Origin: Dehalococcoidia bacterium
GTDB lineage: Bacteria > Chloroflexota > Dehalococcoidia > Lucifugimonadales > UBA3495
NCBI GenBank assembly: GCA_012959605.1
Contig: DUCU01000100.1
Coordinates: forward strand, 7,147-71,146
Length of the DNA: 64,000 nt
Direction: 5' to 3'
Part shown: piece after piece, positions 47,288-56,989 of the stretch
Layout: each line of letters opens with the position of its first letter
Position numbering within the stretch: the first letter of the stretch is position 1
The notes under the pieces: generated by a model
What the model was told of the DNA's origin: nothing
The model's input: only the letters and a program-made list of their open reading frames with translations
Databases searched by the model: none
Made by a program: the position numbers and the translations under genes

Positions 47288-48079
47288 ATGCCTACGACTA
47301 CTAAAAGAAGAGCACCCAGGACCAAGAGCAAAGCTGACGTTGCGCTCACTATCGAGATGATGACCCAGCAATACGGCCCGTTTACCCACGAAGCGCGCCT
47401 ACCTCCCACGGACGAGATGGTCTTTACGATTCTCTCCCAGCACACGTCCGATATTAACTCTAGTCGTGCCTACCGAAGCCTAATGGAAACATTCTCATCG
47501 TTGGAAGCCGTCGCGTCAGCAGATGTGGCAGACATTGAGAAAGCCATAGCTCTAGGCGGGCTGGCCAAGATCAAGGCTCCGCGAATCAAAGCAGTGCTTA
47601 ACAAGATACTTGAACTGAACGGCGAACTGGATCTGTCATTCCTAAGGGAGATGCCCTTAAACGATGCCAAGACCTGGCTACGGCAGCTACCCGGTATCGG
47701 CCCAAAATCTGCAGGAATCGTGCTAAGCTTCTCCCTAGGCATGCCAGCAATGGCTATAGACACCCATATCTACCGGGTGAGCCAACGACTAGGCGTGATT
47801 GGACCCAAGGTGAGCGTGGACAAAGCCCACGAGATTCTGGAAGACAAGGTTGAGCCTGAAGAAGTTTTCAACTTCCACGTTTCTTACATCAACCACGGTC
47901 GTCAGGTGTGCAAGGCCCAACGCCCGCTGTGCCCAGAGTGCGTGGTAGGCGGACTCTGTCCTTCCAGAAAGAAGTTCATGACCAAGGCAGACCTGGCTGC
48001 ACTCGCTGCCCAAGAAGAACAAGCATTAGCCGGAAGCCCGGGGGCGCCCATGCCTCACCTTCCGCAGCCTGATGCCTAG
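47288..48079 (+). CDS. endonuclease III-like HhH-GPD DNA glycosylase
   Basis: HhH motif LPGIGPKSAG and a C-terminal Cys cluster (CKAQRPLCPECVVGGLC). Confidence 0.8.
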   Translation: MPTTTKRRAPRTKSKADVALTIEMMTQQYGPFTHEARLPPTDEMVFTILSQHTSDINSSRAYRSLMETFSSLEAVASADVADIEKAIALGGLAKIKAPRIKAVLNKILELNGELDLSFLREMPLNDAKTWLRQLPGIGPKSAGIVLSFSLGMPAMAIDTHIYRVSQRLGVIGPKVSVDKAHEILEDKVEPEEVFNFHVSYINHGRQVCKAQRPLCPECVVGGLCPSRKKFMTKADLAALAAQEEQALAGSPGAPMPHLPQPDA

Positions 48080-48112
48080 CAAATAAATACCCCAAAACAA
48101 AGAGTAAGCGAA

Positions 48113-49144
48113 ATGAAAGTAGGGATCATCAACATCACTGGTTACGCAGGCAGCGAACTAGCCCGCATTCTGTACCGCCACCCTGAGGTGGAAATCACTT
48201 CAGTCACCGGTAGGAGCGCCGCCGGCCAGCAGTTGAATGAGGTATTTCCCCATTTGACCGCCATGAATATGGCCATTGAGCCTGAACTCAGCGGCAGCCT
48301 GGATATGGTGTTCTCTGCTCTCCCGCATAAAGCCAGCGCCGAAGCCTGCATACCGGTGCTCGAGCAGGGAGTAAAGGTTGTGGACATCAGCGCCGATTTC
48401 CGGCTGAAACAGGCTGATGAATACACAGAATGGTACGGAGTTGACCATCCGGACCCCACCTACTTAGAAGAGGCGGTCTACGGCCTACCGGAACTGCACC
48501 GGGACGACGTTACTAATTCACGGCTGGTTGCCAACCCTGGCTGCTATCCTACCAGCGCTATCTTGGGATTGGCCCCTGCGGTGGCTGGAAAGATCATCAC
48601 CCAAGACATCATCATTGACAGCAAATCCGGAGTGTCTGGCGGCGGTCGCAGTCTGACCATGACCAACCACTTTTCTGAGGTCAATGAGAATGTATTTGCC
48701 TACGCGTTAAAAGGACATCGGCATCTACCGGAGATCACCCAAGAATTAGCTCCGCTGACTGAAAAGTCCCTCAACCTGACATTTTTGACGCATCTGATCC
48801 CCATGACTCGGGGGATTTTGAGTTCCTGTTACGCAACGCTGATTGAGCCAGGAAATTGGACCGGCGATGAGGGCCAAGAGAAGATACTAGACCTGTATCG
48901 CGATTACTACGCAGACGACCCATTCGTACGCGTAGTATCCACTCCTCCCCAGACCAAGCAAACTTTGGGCAACAATTTATGCCTAATACACCCTTCGATT
49001 GATGAGCGCACAGGGCGGTTAATCGTAATCAGCTGCCTGGACAACCTAGTGAAGGGCGCCGCCGGACAGGCCGTACAAAACATGAATCTTATGTGCGGGT
49101 TTCCAGAGGAAACCGGGCTAGAAGCCCTGGCGGTTTATCCGTAG
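48113..49144 (+). CDS. argC: N-acetyl-gamma-glutamyl-phosphate reductase
   Basis: N-terminal GYAGSEL and active-site NPGCYPTS. 343 aa. Confidence 0.9.
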   Translation: MKVGIINITGYAGSELARILYRHPEVEITSVTGRSAAGQQLNEVFPHLTAMNMAIEPELSGSLDMVFSALPHKASAEACIPVLEQGVKVVDISADFRLKQADEYTEWYGVDHPDPTYLEEAVYGLPELHRDDVTNSRLVANPGCYPTSAILGLAPAVAGKIITQDIIIDSKSGVSGGGRSLTMTNHFSEVNENVFAYALKGHRHLPEITQELAPLTEKSLNLTFLTHLIPMTRGILSSCYATLIEPGNWTGDEGQEKILDLYRDYYADDPFVRVVSTPPQTKQTLGNNLCLIHPSIDERTGRLIVISCLDNLVKGAAGQAVQNMNLMCGFPEETGLEALAVYP

Positions 49145-49223
49145 GCCTGATTAGTTGCTCCAAAACACCAGAATCTAATTGTGCCTAGGCAATAGCCGCC
49201 TAGCTATAGTAGAATACGCCTGT

Positions 49224-49302
49224 GCCCCGGTCGTCTAGCCTGGCCTAGGACGCCACCCTTTCAAGGTGGAGATCATGGGATCGAAGCCCATCCGGGGTAC
49301 CA
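49224..49302 (+). tRNA. tRNA-Glu (anticodon UUC)
   Basis: Manual cloverleaf. Acceptor is GCCCCGG/CCGGGGU, D-stem is GTCT/GGAC, and the anticodon arm is CCACC-CTTTCAA-GGTGG. T-arm is ATGGG-ATCGAAG-CCCAT, and CCA is encoded. Confidence 0.85.
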
Positions 49303-49316
49303 AAAAGCAAAACAAA

Positions 49317-49346
49317 CCCCGCAGATAAAACTGCGGGGTTTTTATT
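49317..49346 (+). terminator. intrinsic terminator after the tRNA
   Basis: CCCCGCAG-N6-CTGCGGGG followed by TTTTTAT. Confidence 0.65.
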
Positions 49347-49458
49347 TGCCCAATTTTTTAATCCCGTACATCATCCAAAGGTCGATGAATTATTATCAAA
49401 TATTACATCACGAAGAACGTGCGAAACCGGCATCGTTAGGTTTTAGTTGGAGGTAATT

Positions 49459-49793
49459 ATGTTTGTCGTGATATATAAGTGGCAGTTGAAACCTGGAAAA
49501 GAATCGGAATTCAGAGACGCCTGGCGTCAAGCAACGGAAGCGATTTACGCTACTCGTGGCAGCCTTGAGTCACAATATTGATGAAGGGTCAGTATGGCAC
49601 CTACTATGGGGTTGCGCGGTGGCCTGATAGGGAAACGTGGTGGCGTCGGTCCGAACCTGAGGATGCCGATCCTTAAGCGAGCCGACTCATGGGAGAACTG
49701 ACCGAAGTCTCATTCCCACCGTTGGAACTTGAGGTGACCGACGATTTTCTGGCTTTAGAGGCGCATTCTCGATTGGCCACTATTTTCCCTTAG
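49459..49793 (+). pseudogene. ABM (antibiotic biosynthesis monooxygenase-like) domain gene with a frameshift and in-frame TAA
   Basis: GGAGG RBS and ATG 49459 give MFVVIYKWQLKPGKESEFRDAWRQATEAIYATRGSLESQY, stopped at TGA 49579. The sequence continues in another frame (QYGTYYGVARWPDRETW), has TAA at 49674..49676, then runs on to TAG 49791..49793. Confidence 0.55.
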
Positions 49794-49818
49794 AACTTAT
49801 CGGCCTGAAGGATTAAAG

Positions 49819-50274
49819 ATGAACTGGCAGGAATTTGCTCAACAGGACCCGAAGTTGGCGGCCTTAGGCCAAGAACGGTTAGACAAAAACGGTTTGGTGA
49901 TAGTGGGCACTCTGCGGAAGAACGGCTGGCCGCGGATTTCACCGGTGGAACCATTATTCTTCAACGGCCAGCTCTATCTGGGCATGATGTGGCGCTCTCA
50001 AAAAGCCTTGGATCTGCTGCGAGACCCCCGCTGCACCATCCTTAACGCCGTTTCAGACCGCAACGGACTGGAAGGCGAATTCAAGGTCTACGGCCGAGCC
50101 TTTGACATCACCAACCCTGGCGAACGTCAAAAATACGTAGAAGCCTTGTTTGAAAAAATCGGCTTCCAGCCCAACGACCACGAATTCCACTGTTTTGCCA
50201 TCGACATTGAAAGCGTTGCCGCTAACACTCTGGTAGGTGAAGAATTCCAGAACCAGGTGTGGAAGGCACGCTAG
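49819..50274 (+). CDS. pyridoxamine 5'-phosphate oxidase-like (split-barrel flavin/F420-binding) protein
   Basis: 151 aa with the pattern VIVGTLRKNGWPRISPVEPLFFNGQLYLGMMWRSQKALDLLRDPR. Confidence 0.7.
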   Translation: MNWQEFAQQDPKLAALGQERLDKNGLVIVGTLRKNGWPRISPVEPLFFNGQLYLGMMWRSQKALDLLRDPRCTILNAVSDRNGLEGEFKVYGRAFDITNPGERQKYVEALFEKIGFQPNDHEFHCFAIDIESVAANTLVGEEFQNQVWKAR

Positions 50275-50283
50275 ATGTCGGTT

Positions 50284-50840
50284 TTAGCCTCCATGATTTA
50301 GCGCCGTTGATTCGGCGGCCAGCAATTCCTGGCTTATCCGGGCCAGGAAACTGGCGTCAATGGCACCCACGCTCTTCTCGAAAATCGTGCCGTCTGAACT
50401 GACGAACACGGTAGTCAGCATGGACGTTACGCGATATTTATTGGGCACTGTGCGATCGTCGGTCCAGCCGGCTGGGTAAGTGACCCAGTTCGCGGAGCAG
50501 CGATTCGGCATCACTATAGGAACCTAGACCGGTGAAAATTTCAATATCCACGCCCAAGAGCATGATTTCGTCTTTAAAGTCGTCGTGGAAAGCCTGGAAT
50601 TGTGGCATTTCAGCTTGGCAGGGTGGGCATTGTCCGGTCCAGAAATTAAGAATCATGGGCTAGCCATAAAGGGCCGTAAAGGTTGGACAGGTTACCCTCC
50701 CAGAAGCCCACTTCTTCGACACCTTGGAAGAGGCTGACTTCAAAATCCGGCGCGTCAGAACCCTGCTCACCGCTGCTGGTGCCAGAAGTGATTGCGAATA
50801 CGATTGCCGCAATTATGGCGATGGATGCCGCTGCTGCCAT
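50284..50840 (-). pseudogene. TlpA/ResA-like thiol:disulfide oxidoreductase gene, disrupted
   Basis: Three overlapping minus-strand ORFs reconstruct a membrane anchor, APDFEVSLFQG, ILNFWTGQCPPCQAEMP and VTYPAGWTDDRTVPNKYRV...TTVFVSSDG. There is a frame change at 50663..50682, a TAG at 50660..50662 and a second frame change near 50475. Confidence 0.7.
50663..50682. repeat. 10-bp near-perfect tandem duplication inside the TlpA-like pseudogene
   Basis: GCCATAAAGG GCCGTAAAGG on the plus strand (one mismatch). Confidence 0.6.
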
Positions 50841-51156
50841 ACCGTATTTAGCAAAATTCTTCTGTTAAGTTCGTGCGCCTTGCTGGGCTGCGCCTGAAAC
50901 TCGGCTGCTTTTCCTTCTTCTACGATTGGCCAAAACCAAACCTTCTCAATAATCGCCCTTAATCTTTGGAATCAAAAAACCTTGAACGTGACCAGATAAT
51001 GATGTGATTCCGCCCAACGGTTGCGGTTTCGAACGCACATTGAGGCCATCTGATGTTATGTCTTCTGGCACGCGGCTTCTTGTCGCTGTTCCGGCCCCCG
51101 TGCTATCATTGCCTCAGCCTCAGATTACGGTCGAAATAGGCTAGAAACAGGGGTCG

Positions 51157-51780
51157 TTGCCCTTCCTTTCAGTTCGGGATCTGTATTTGAACAGCCAACA
51201 AGACCGGCAGGTCTACCTTTCAGTGGACGAACCGTTTTCCAGCGGTATCGCAAGCGATATACTGGGCGAATCACCCGGCTCTTCACTGGGCACTTCGGCG
51301 AGCAAATCACCGAAGGATTCAGTCGAAGACTGGCTGATGGGGATTGCACAAGCAGCCTTGAATGTGGCTCTGGAAGGTACGGAAGCGACCCAAATGAGCT
51401 TGGTAATCACTGATGACGAGACCGTCCACCGGCTAAATGCCCAATTTAGAGGGCTGAATGAGGTCACAGACGTACTGTCTTTCTCAACGGACCATCCCGG
51501 TCACTGGGAAGGCGAAGATGAACCGCCTGAAGACACCGACGGCTTCGATTTTGTGATGCCGCCAGATGAACCCTCCCAGCTGGGAGAGGTGATTGTATCC
51601 TACCCTCAAGCGAAACGTCAGGCAGATGAACGCGGCGTTCCACTTGCACATGAGTTGGCCCTTCTGGTAGTACATGGAGTGCTACATCTTACGGGCCATG
51701 ACCATCTGGAAACAGCAGAAACAACGCTGATGCAATCTAAAGAGCGCACAGCCTTGGCAGCACTTAACATTTCAATCTGA
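51157..51780 (+). CDS. ybeY: rRNA maturation RNase YbeY
   Basis: TDVLSF and the zinc motif HGVLHLTGHDH. The N-terminal region is unusually long and the start is uncertain (TTG 51157 or a later codon). Confidence 0.8.
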   Translation: MPFLSVRDLYLNSQQDRQVYLSVDEPFSSGIASDILGESPGSSLGTSASKSPKDSVEDWLMGIAQAALNVALEGTEATQMSLVITDDETVHRLNAQFRGLNEVTDVLSFSTDHPGHWEGEDEPPEDTDGFDFVMPPDEPSQLGEVIVSYPQAKRQADERGVPLAHELALLVVHGVLHLTGHDHLETAETTLMQSKERTALAALNISI

Positions 51781-51833
51781 TTAAATCAGACTACTGATTA
51801 GACCAGAGTAAACACGATGGAGACTCCGCTGTA

Positions 51834-53486
51834 ATGACCGGCCAGGCGATAACCGAACCTGCCACAGCCACTCAGGTTTATGCCCGTACGTGGCGCCCTT
51901 CCAGCTTCAGTCAGCTGGTTGGACAAGAACACGTCTCCGGAACGTTGCGCCAGTCCATCAAACTAGACCGAGTCGCCCATTCCTACCTTTTCTGTGGCCC
52001 CAGAGGCAGCGGCAAGACCACCACCGCCAGAATCATCGCCAAGGCCGTTAACTGCCTGGACACCCAGGATGGCAACCCCTGCGACGCGTGTACCATCTGC
52101 CGTTCCATCAACGGCGGCCAGTTCATGGACATCATTGAACTAGACGCTGCCAGCAACCGGGGCATCGACGAGATACGAGACATCCGAGAAAAGGTGAACT
52201 TTTCTCCGTCCCAGGGTCGACGCAAGGTCTACATCATCGACGAAGCCCACATGCTGACCGATGCAGCCTCCAATGCTTTTCTAAAGACACTGGAAGAGCC
52301 ACCGGAGCATGTCATATTCGTCCTCTGCACCACCGAGGCTCACCGGATTTTGCCCACGATTATCTCTCGGTGCCAAAGATTTGACTTCAGGCGCATCGGC
52401 TCCGAGTTGATATACGGTCGTCTATCTGACATAACCGAGTCCGAAGGCGTCACTGTAGACCCTGAAGCTTTACGCCTGGTGGCCCGCCACGCCGCCGGCA
52501 GCCTGCGCGACGCCGAAAACCTGCTGGAACAATTGGTGGTATCAGCCGCCGACGGTGTCACTCTGAAGCAGGTCGAAGAGCTCTTGGGCCTGGATAACGG
52601 CGAAAGTTCCCTGGAATTGGTCAAGTATCTGCTGCTGGGGAATACCTCCGCCGCTCTATCTGCGGTGAACCGGGCTGCTTGGAGTGGCACGGACCTACGA
52701 CAATTGCACAAACAGACCATAGAGCTGTTGCGGGCCGTTATGCACCTGCAATGGGGCTCCGAGGACGCTGTAGACCTTTCTGAAGATGTCACCGGCCAGC
52801 TAAAGGAGCTGGTAGGTAACCTGCCGCCTTGGCGGATAATCAGAGGCCTAAAGGTTTGGGGCGACGTCAACATGCGTTACGACGCTCCGTCCACGCTGCC
52901 CTTAGAACTGGCCGTGGTTGAGATTTGCGAGGACACGGCCCCGCCGCCGGCACAACCTGCTCCGATGGCGCCACAGGCAAGAGTTGCCGCCCCTCCTCCG
53001 GCAGGCCGCGCTCCGGCGCCTGTACCCAATCGACCGCCTCCCCCAGCAAGACCGGCGACAGGCCCTGCTGGGCAACCGACCACGCAACGCCGACCAGCCC
53101 CGGATACCGGGCCCATATCTGAATTAGGCGCAAAATGGCTGGCCGCAGTCAAAGTATTGGGACGCCATAAAGGCAAGAAATATAATCTGGGGGCCCTACT
53201 CCGTGACTGTAAGGCCAACGGCGTCTCCCTAGAAGACAACACCCTGGTGTTGGGCTTCTCCAACAAGGCCAACCTGGAACGGATGCAAGAGGAGATGGAA
53301 GACCCAGGCTCCCGTCGTCAGGTGAGTGAGGTCGTCACTGAAGCCTTCGGTGCAACCTACGAATTCAGGCTCACCATGGCCAACGGCGGGTCCACCGCTA
53401 ACACCGTTAAAACCGCGCAACAAAGTTCCTTGGTCCGCACGGCCTTGGGCATGGGCGCCAGAGTCCTAGAGGAGATCGAAGAATGA
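51834..53486 (+). CDS. dnaX: DNA polymerase III subunit gamma/tau
   Basis: GPRGSGKTT Walker A, zinc module CDACTIC, IIDEAHML and SRC motif. Pro/Ala-rich linker before the C-terminal domain. Confidence 0.9.
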   Translation: MTGQAITEPATATQVYARTWRPSSFSQLVGQEHVSGTLRQSIKLDRVAHSYLFCGPRGSGKTTTARIIAKAVNCLDTQDGNPCDACTICRSINGGQFMDIIELDAASNRGIDEIRDIREKVNFSPSQGRRKVYIIDEAHMLTDAASNAFLKTLEEPPEHVIFVLCTTEAHRILPTIISRCQRFDFRRIGSELIYGRLSDITESEGVTVDPEALRLVARHAAGSLRDAENLLEQLVVSAADGVTLKQVEELLGLDNGESSLELVKYLLLGNTSAALSAVNRAAWSGTDLRQLHKQTIELLRAVMHLQWGSEDAVDLSEDVTGQLKELVGNLPPWRIIRGLKVWGDVNMRYDAPSTLPLELAVVEICEDTAPPPAQPAPMAPQARVAAPPPAGRAPAPVPNRPPPPARPATGPAGQPTTQRRPAPDTGPISELGAKWLAAVKVLGRHKGKKYNLGALLRDCKANGVSLEDNTLVLGFSNKANLERMQEEMEDPGSRRQVSEVVTEAFGATYEFRLTMANGGSTANTVKTAQQSSLVRTALGMGARVLEEIEE

Positions 53487-53779
53487 ACCGCAACATGATG
53501 AAACAGGCACAGAAACAACTGGCCCAACTACAGAAGATCCAGGAAGAACTGGAGACTCTGACCGTTGAGGGCACCGCCGGTGGTGGCGCGGTTAAAGTAA
53601 CCATGACCGGCAAGCAGATCGTTGAGTCTGTGGTCATTGAGCCTGAAGCTGCCGAAGAAGTGGAACTGCTCCAGGACATGGTTTTGGCCGCAGTGAACGA
53701 TGCCGCCAACAAAGCCCAGGAATTGGCTGCCCAGAAGATGGCCGTAGTCACCGGCGGCATGAACATCCCGGGATTCTAA
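53483..53779 (+). CDS. YbaB/EbfC family nucleoid-associated protein
   Basis: 98 aa with MMKQAQKQLAQLQK...GGGAVKVTMTGK. ATGA overlap with dnaX. Confidence 0.9.
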   Translation: MNRNMMKQAQKQLAQLQKIQEELETLTVEGTAGGGAVKVTMTGKQIVESVVIEPEAAEEVELLQDMVLAAVNDAANKAQELAAQKMAVVTGGMNIPGF

Positions 53780-53846
53780 GAGACCGGGCGGGCCGGCGGT
53801 TTCGCATTAAAAGAGCGAAGACCCGCACCGGCAACGCACTCGATAA

Positions 53847-54461
53847 ATGACTCAAGAGAACATCTCCGGAGCAGCCCCTTCTCTAGCCAGGCTGGTTCAG
53901 GAACTCAACCGGCTGCCTGGCATTGGCCCCAAGAGCGCCCAACGTTTGGCGTATTACATCATTCGGCTGCCCGATGATGAAGCCTATGCCCTGGCCGACG
54001 CCGTGACCTCGGTCAAGCAGAATATCGTGTTTTGCGAGGAATGCCAGAACCTGACCGACGCCTCACCCTGCCAGATCTGCTCCGACCCCCGACGCGACCA
54101 GACAATTATCTGCGTGGTCGAAGACCCTCTGGACGTACTGGCAATGGAGCGAACCCGAAGTTTCAGAGGCCTTTACCACGTGCTACACGGCGTAATTTCG
54201 CCAATCAACGGCATAGGGCCCGATCAGCTACGCCTAAAAGAACTGTTCAGCAGGCTAGACCGACCGGAAGTGACCGAGATGGTGGTTGCCACCAACCCCA
54301 CACTGGAAGGGGAGGCTACCGCCATGTATATTCGCCGGCATCAGGGCCGGACAGACTTGCGCATTACCCACCTTGCCAGAGGACTTCCCGTGGGCGGATC
54401 ACTGGAATACACCGACGAAACGACTCTCACCAAGGCGTTTCAAGGCCGCCAAGAGATTTAA
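53847..54461 (+). CDS. recR: recombination protein RecR
   Basis: LPGIGPKSAQRLA HhH motif, C4 zinc finger (CEECQNL...CQIC) and a Toprim region. Confidence 0.9.
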   Translation: MTQENISGAAPSLARLVQELNRLPGIGPKSAQRLAYYIIRLPDDEAYALADAVTSVKQNIVFCEECQNLTDASPCQICSDPRRDQTIICVVEDPLDVLAMERTRSFRGLYHVLHGVISPINGIGPDQLRLKELFSRLDRPEVTEMVVATNPTLEGEATAMYIRRHQGRTDLRITHLARGLPVGGSLEYTDETTLTKAFQGRQEI

Positions 54462-54551
54462 AACCGTCCGGTTTTTTCATTGGGCATTCCTTGAATTATA
54501 ATCGGCTTTCAGAGATTAAATTAGCTTTCATGCTTGATCTGGAGATCCGCC

Positions 54552-55331
54552 ATGGCCCCACCCAGGACTTATCGCTGTGAATCCATCATCCTCAGCTATA
54601 CACCGCTGGACGAGGCCGATCTGTTGGTCACCATGTACACCCGTGACCGAGGGAAAGTCAGAGCCATCGGCAAGGGCGCGCGTCGGGCCACCAGCAAACT
54701 TATGGGTCATCTAGAACCTCTGACCGTGGTGCAGATGTCTATGGCCAACGGCCGCAGCATGGACATCATCTCCCAGGCCGAGGTTCTTCAGAGTTTTTCC
54801 GAGCTCAAAGGAGACCTGGACGGCATTTCCAAAGGCCTTTATTTGGCGGAGTTGGTTGATGGTTTTGGGGCCGAGGACAGCCCAAACCCAAATCTCTACC
54901 AGTTGATGATTGATACTCTCACCGTCCTTCAGGCCGACACCGAGTCAGACATGCCCCTGAGGTTCTTTGAATTCCACCTGCTACAGGTGTCTGGACTGAT
55001 GCCGGAGTTGTACCACTGCGTTGAGTGCCGTATCGAGTTGGAGCCGGACGCCCACCGATTTAGTCCCAACGTTGGCGGGACACTGTGTCTGGAGTGCAAC
55101 CCTGAAGACGCCCACCTGCGTCCGCTGTCACTCCGGGCGTTAAAAGTGCTCCGCCTCTTGGATCGTAGCGGAATCGCCGCAGCCAGTAAGTTGACCATGG
55201 ATGACAGCCTGGCCAGCGAATTAAAGAGCCTACTATCCACGACTGTCAGCTACTGGCTAGGTAAAGAAATTCGTTCTAACTCGTTTTTAGAACGCCTACA
55301 CAAGGATTCCCTCCCTGAGGTATACAAGTAG
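54552..55331 (+). CDS. recO: DNA repair protein RecO
   Basis: N-terminal OB-fold pattern (SIILSYTPLDEADLLVTMYTRDRGKVRAIGKGARR) and zinc motif CVEC...CLEC. ATG 54552 (GGAG RBS) is preferred over TTG 54534. Confidence 0.85.
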   Translation: MAPPRTYRCESIILSYTPLDEADLLVTMYTRDRGKVRAIGKGARRATSKLMGHLEPLTVVQMSMANGRSMDIISQAEVLQSFSELKGDLDGISKGLYLAELVDGFGAEDSPNPNLYQLMIDTLTVLQADTESDMPLRFFEFHLLQVSGLMPELYHCVECRIELEPDAHRFSPNVGGTLCLECNPEDAHLRPLSLRALKVLRLLDRSGIAAASKLTMDDSLASELKSLLSTTVSYWLGKEIRSNSFLERLHKDSLPEVYK

Positions 55332-55414
55332 GAGCTTATAGCTCACTTTTGAGCGGGACCCGCAGTTTCACGACTAAAAATAGGGCTACCGTTCCTTGAT
55401 TCAAAGGGTAAATT

Positions 55415-56989
55415 GTGTTTACCAAGATATTGATTGCCAATCGGGGCGAGATCGCCTGTAGGATTATTCGCACCTGTCAGAGGCTGGGTATAAAGACCGT
55501 CGCTATCTATTCGACGGTCGACCAGGGAGCGCTGCACGTCCAATTGGCTGATGAAGCCTATTTGGTTGGCGAAGCTCCCCCTCACGACAGTTACTTGAAC
55601 ATGGCCAAGATTCTAGACGCCGCCAAGCAGTCGGGCGCCCAGGCAATCCACCCCGGATACGGTTTCCTCTCTGAAAATGCTGATTTCACTCGACTCTGCC
55701 AGGAGTCGGGCGTTTGCTTTGTTGGACCAGACCCAGACGTGATGGAAAAGATGGGCGACAAGCTTCGCTCTCGCAAGCTAGCCCGCAAAGCCGGGCTGCC
55801 CATCCTACCTGGCACCGATGGGGCTATAGCCAACGAATGCGCCGCCACCAAGGCTTGGGAATTAGGTTTCCCGCTGATGGTCAAAGCTGCCGAGGGAGGA
55901 GGCGGCATTGGCATCCATATCATTGAGTCCCAAGAAGAATTGATGCCGTTAATCGACCGCACTAGGAAAGTGGCCGAGAGCGCATTTGGCAGCTCTCGCC
56001 TGTTCTTTGAGCGTTATCTGAAGGACGCCTCGCATATTGAAGTGCAGGTCATTGGTGATCAGCACGGCAACTTGATTCACCTTCACGAGCGTGATTGCTC
56101 TGTACAGCGCCGCAATCAGAAATTGGTGGAAGAGACTACATCGACGGCCAAATTGACCCCGCAGTTACGACGGAGGGTCTGCAATCTGGCCACCAAACTA
56201 GGCAAGTTCATTGGCTACACCAGCACCGGCACGGTTGAATTCCTGGTTTCCGCTGACGGCACGGTATTCTTCTTAGAGATGAACACCAGGCTACAGGTGG
56301 AGCACGGCGTCACTGAGATGGTCACCGGGCTGGACTTGGTGGAACTGCAACTCTTGGTTGCCGCCGGAGAGCCTCTACCAATCACTCAGGATGAAGTGTC
56401 TGTGAATGGCCACGCCATAGAGGTCCGGGTGTACCCCGAAGACCCTGAGACTTTCATGCCAGATTCCGGGGAAATCACCGACCTGCACCAGCCTGAGGGT
56501 GAGCACATCCGCATCGACTCTGCGCTTTGCAACGGTTATACCGTTGGGTTAGACTATGAGCCGCTAATGGCCAAGATAATGGCCTGGGGAGAGGATCGGA
56601 ATCAGGCGATAAAAACCTTGCAACGAGCGCTCTTAGAGTTCCGAATTGCAGGCGTGAAATGCAACGTTCCACTACTACGGGACGTGCTGGCCACCAAGGA
56701 ATTCATCGCCGCCACTCACCACACCGGCTCCATGCCGATTTGGATTGAAGAATTTCAGACCCGCATCCTAAATAAATGCGCCAACGGAAAGATGGGCAAG
56801 AACGAAAACGGGCATAAGAACGGCCAAGAAAACGGCGAACGCGAGATTGCCGCAGCTATTGGCGTCTCCATGGCCTTGGCATTGAAATCGGCCCAGCCCC
56901 TTGACACAACTGCCTTTAGCCCTTGGCGCGTATACGGGCGCCGGGAGCAACTCCTTTCCCGGTCAATGGGGAATCGAGGTTGGCGGTAA
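55415..56989 (+). CDS. biotin carboxylase (acyl-CoA carboxylase biotin carboxylase subunit) with ~75-aa C-terminal tail
   Basis: KILIANRGEIACRIIRT, GYGFLSEN, EMNTRLQVEH. 524 aa against roughly 450 for typical AccC. Confidence 0.85.
   Translation: MFTKILIANRGEIACRIIRTCQRLGIKTVAIYSTVDQGALHVQLADEAYLVGEAPPHDSYLNMAKILDAAKQSGAQAIHPGYGFLSENADFTRLCQESGVCFVGPDPDVMEKMGDKLRSRKLARKAGLPILPGTDGAIANECAATKAWELGFPLMVKAAEGGGGIGIHIIESQEELMPLIDRTRKVAESAFGSSRLFFERYLKDASHIEVQVIGDQHGNLIHLHERDCSVQRRNQKLVEETTSTAKLTPQLRRRVCNLATKLGKFIGYTSTGTVEFLVSADGTVFFLEMNTRLQVEHGVTEMVTGLDLVELQLLVAAGEPLPITQDEVSVNGHAIEVRVYPEDPETFMPDSGEITDLHQPEGEHIRIDSALCNGYTVGLDYEPLMAKIMAWGEDRNQAIKTLQRALLEFRIAGVKCNVPLLRDVLATKEFIAATHHTGSMPIWIEEFQTRILNKCANGKMGKNENGHKNGQENGEREIAAAIGVSMALALKSAQPLDTTAFSPWRVYGRREQLLSRSMGNRGWR

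Noticed and set aside
49579-49584. TGA TGA in the ABM-like gene as possible selenocysteine recoding.
   Set aside because: There are two consecutive TGA codons. The homologous continuation lies in a different frame, and there is no Cys/redox motif context.
49224-50880. tRNA-Glu as the integration site of a genomic island, since two pseudogenes lie just downstream.
   Set aside because: There is no integrase, no recognisable repeat of the tRNA 3' end downstream, and the intervening genes are ordinary small enzymes.
52867-53272. Several overlapping ORFs on both strands inside the Pro/Ala-rich part of dnaX.
   Set aside because: They are compositional artefacts of the PAPxxP linker region, with no RBS or start context.
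51834-53486. Programmed -1 frameshift site in dnaX (A AAA AAG type) producing a gamma subunit.
   Set aside because: I saw no slippery heptamer of that kind when reading the gene.
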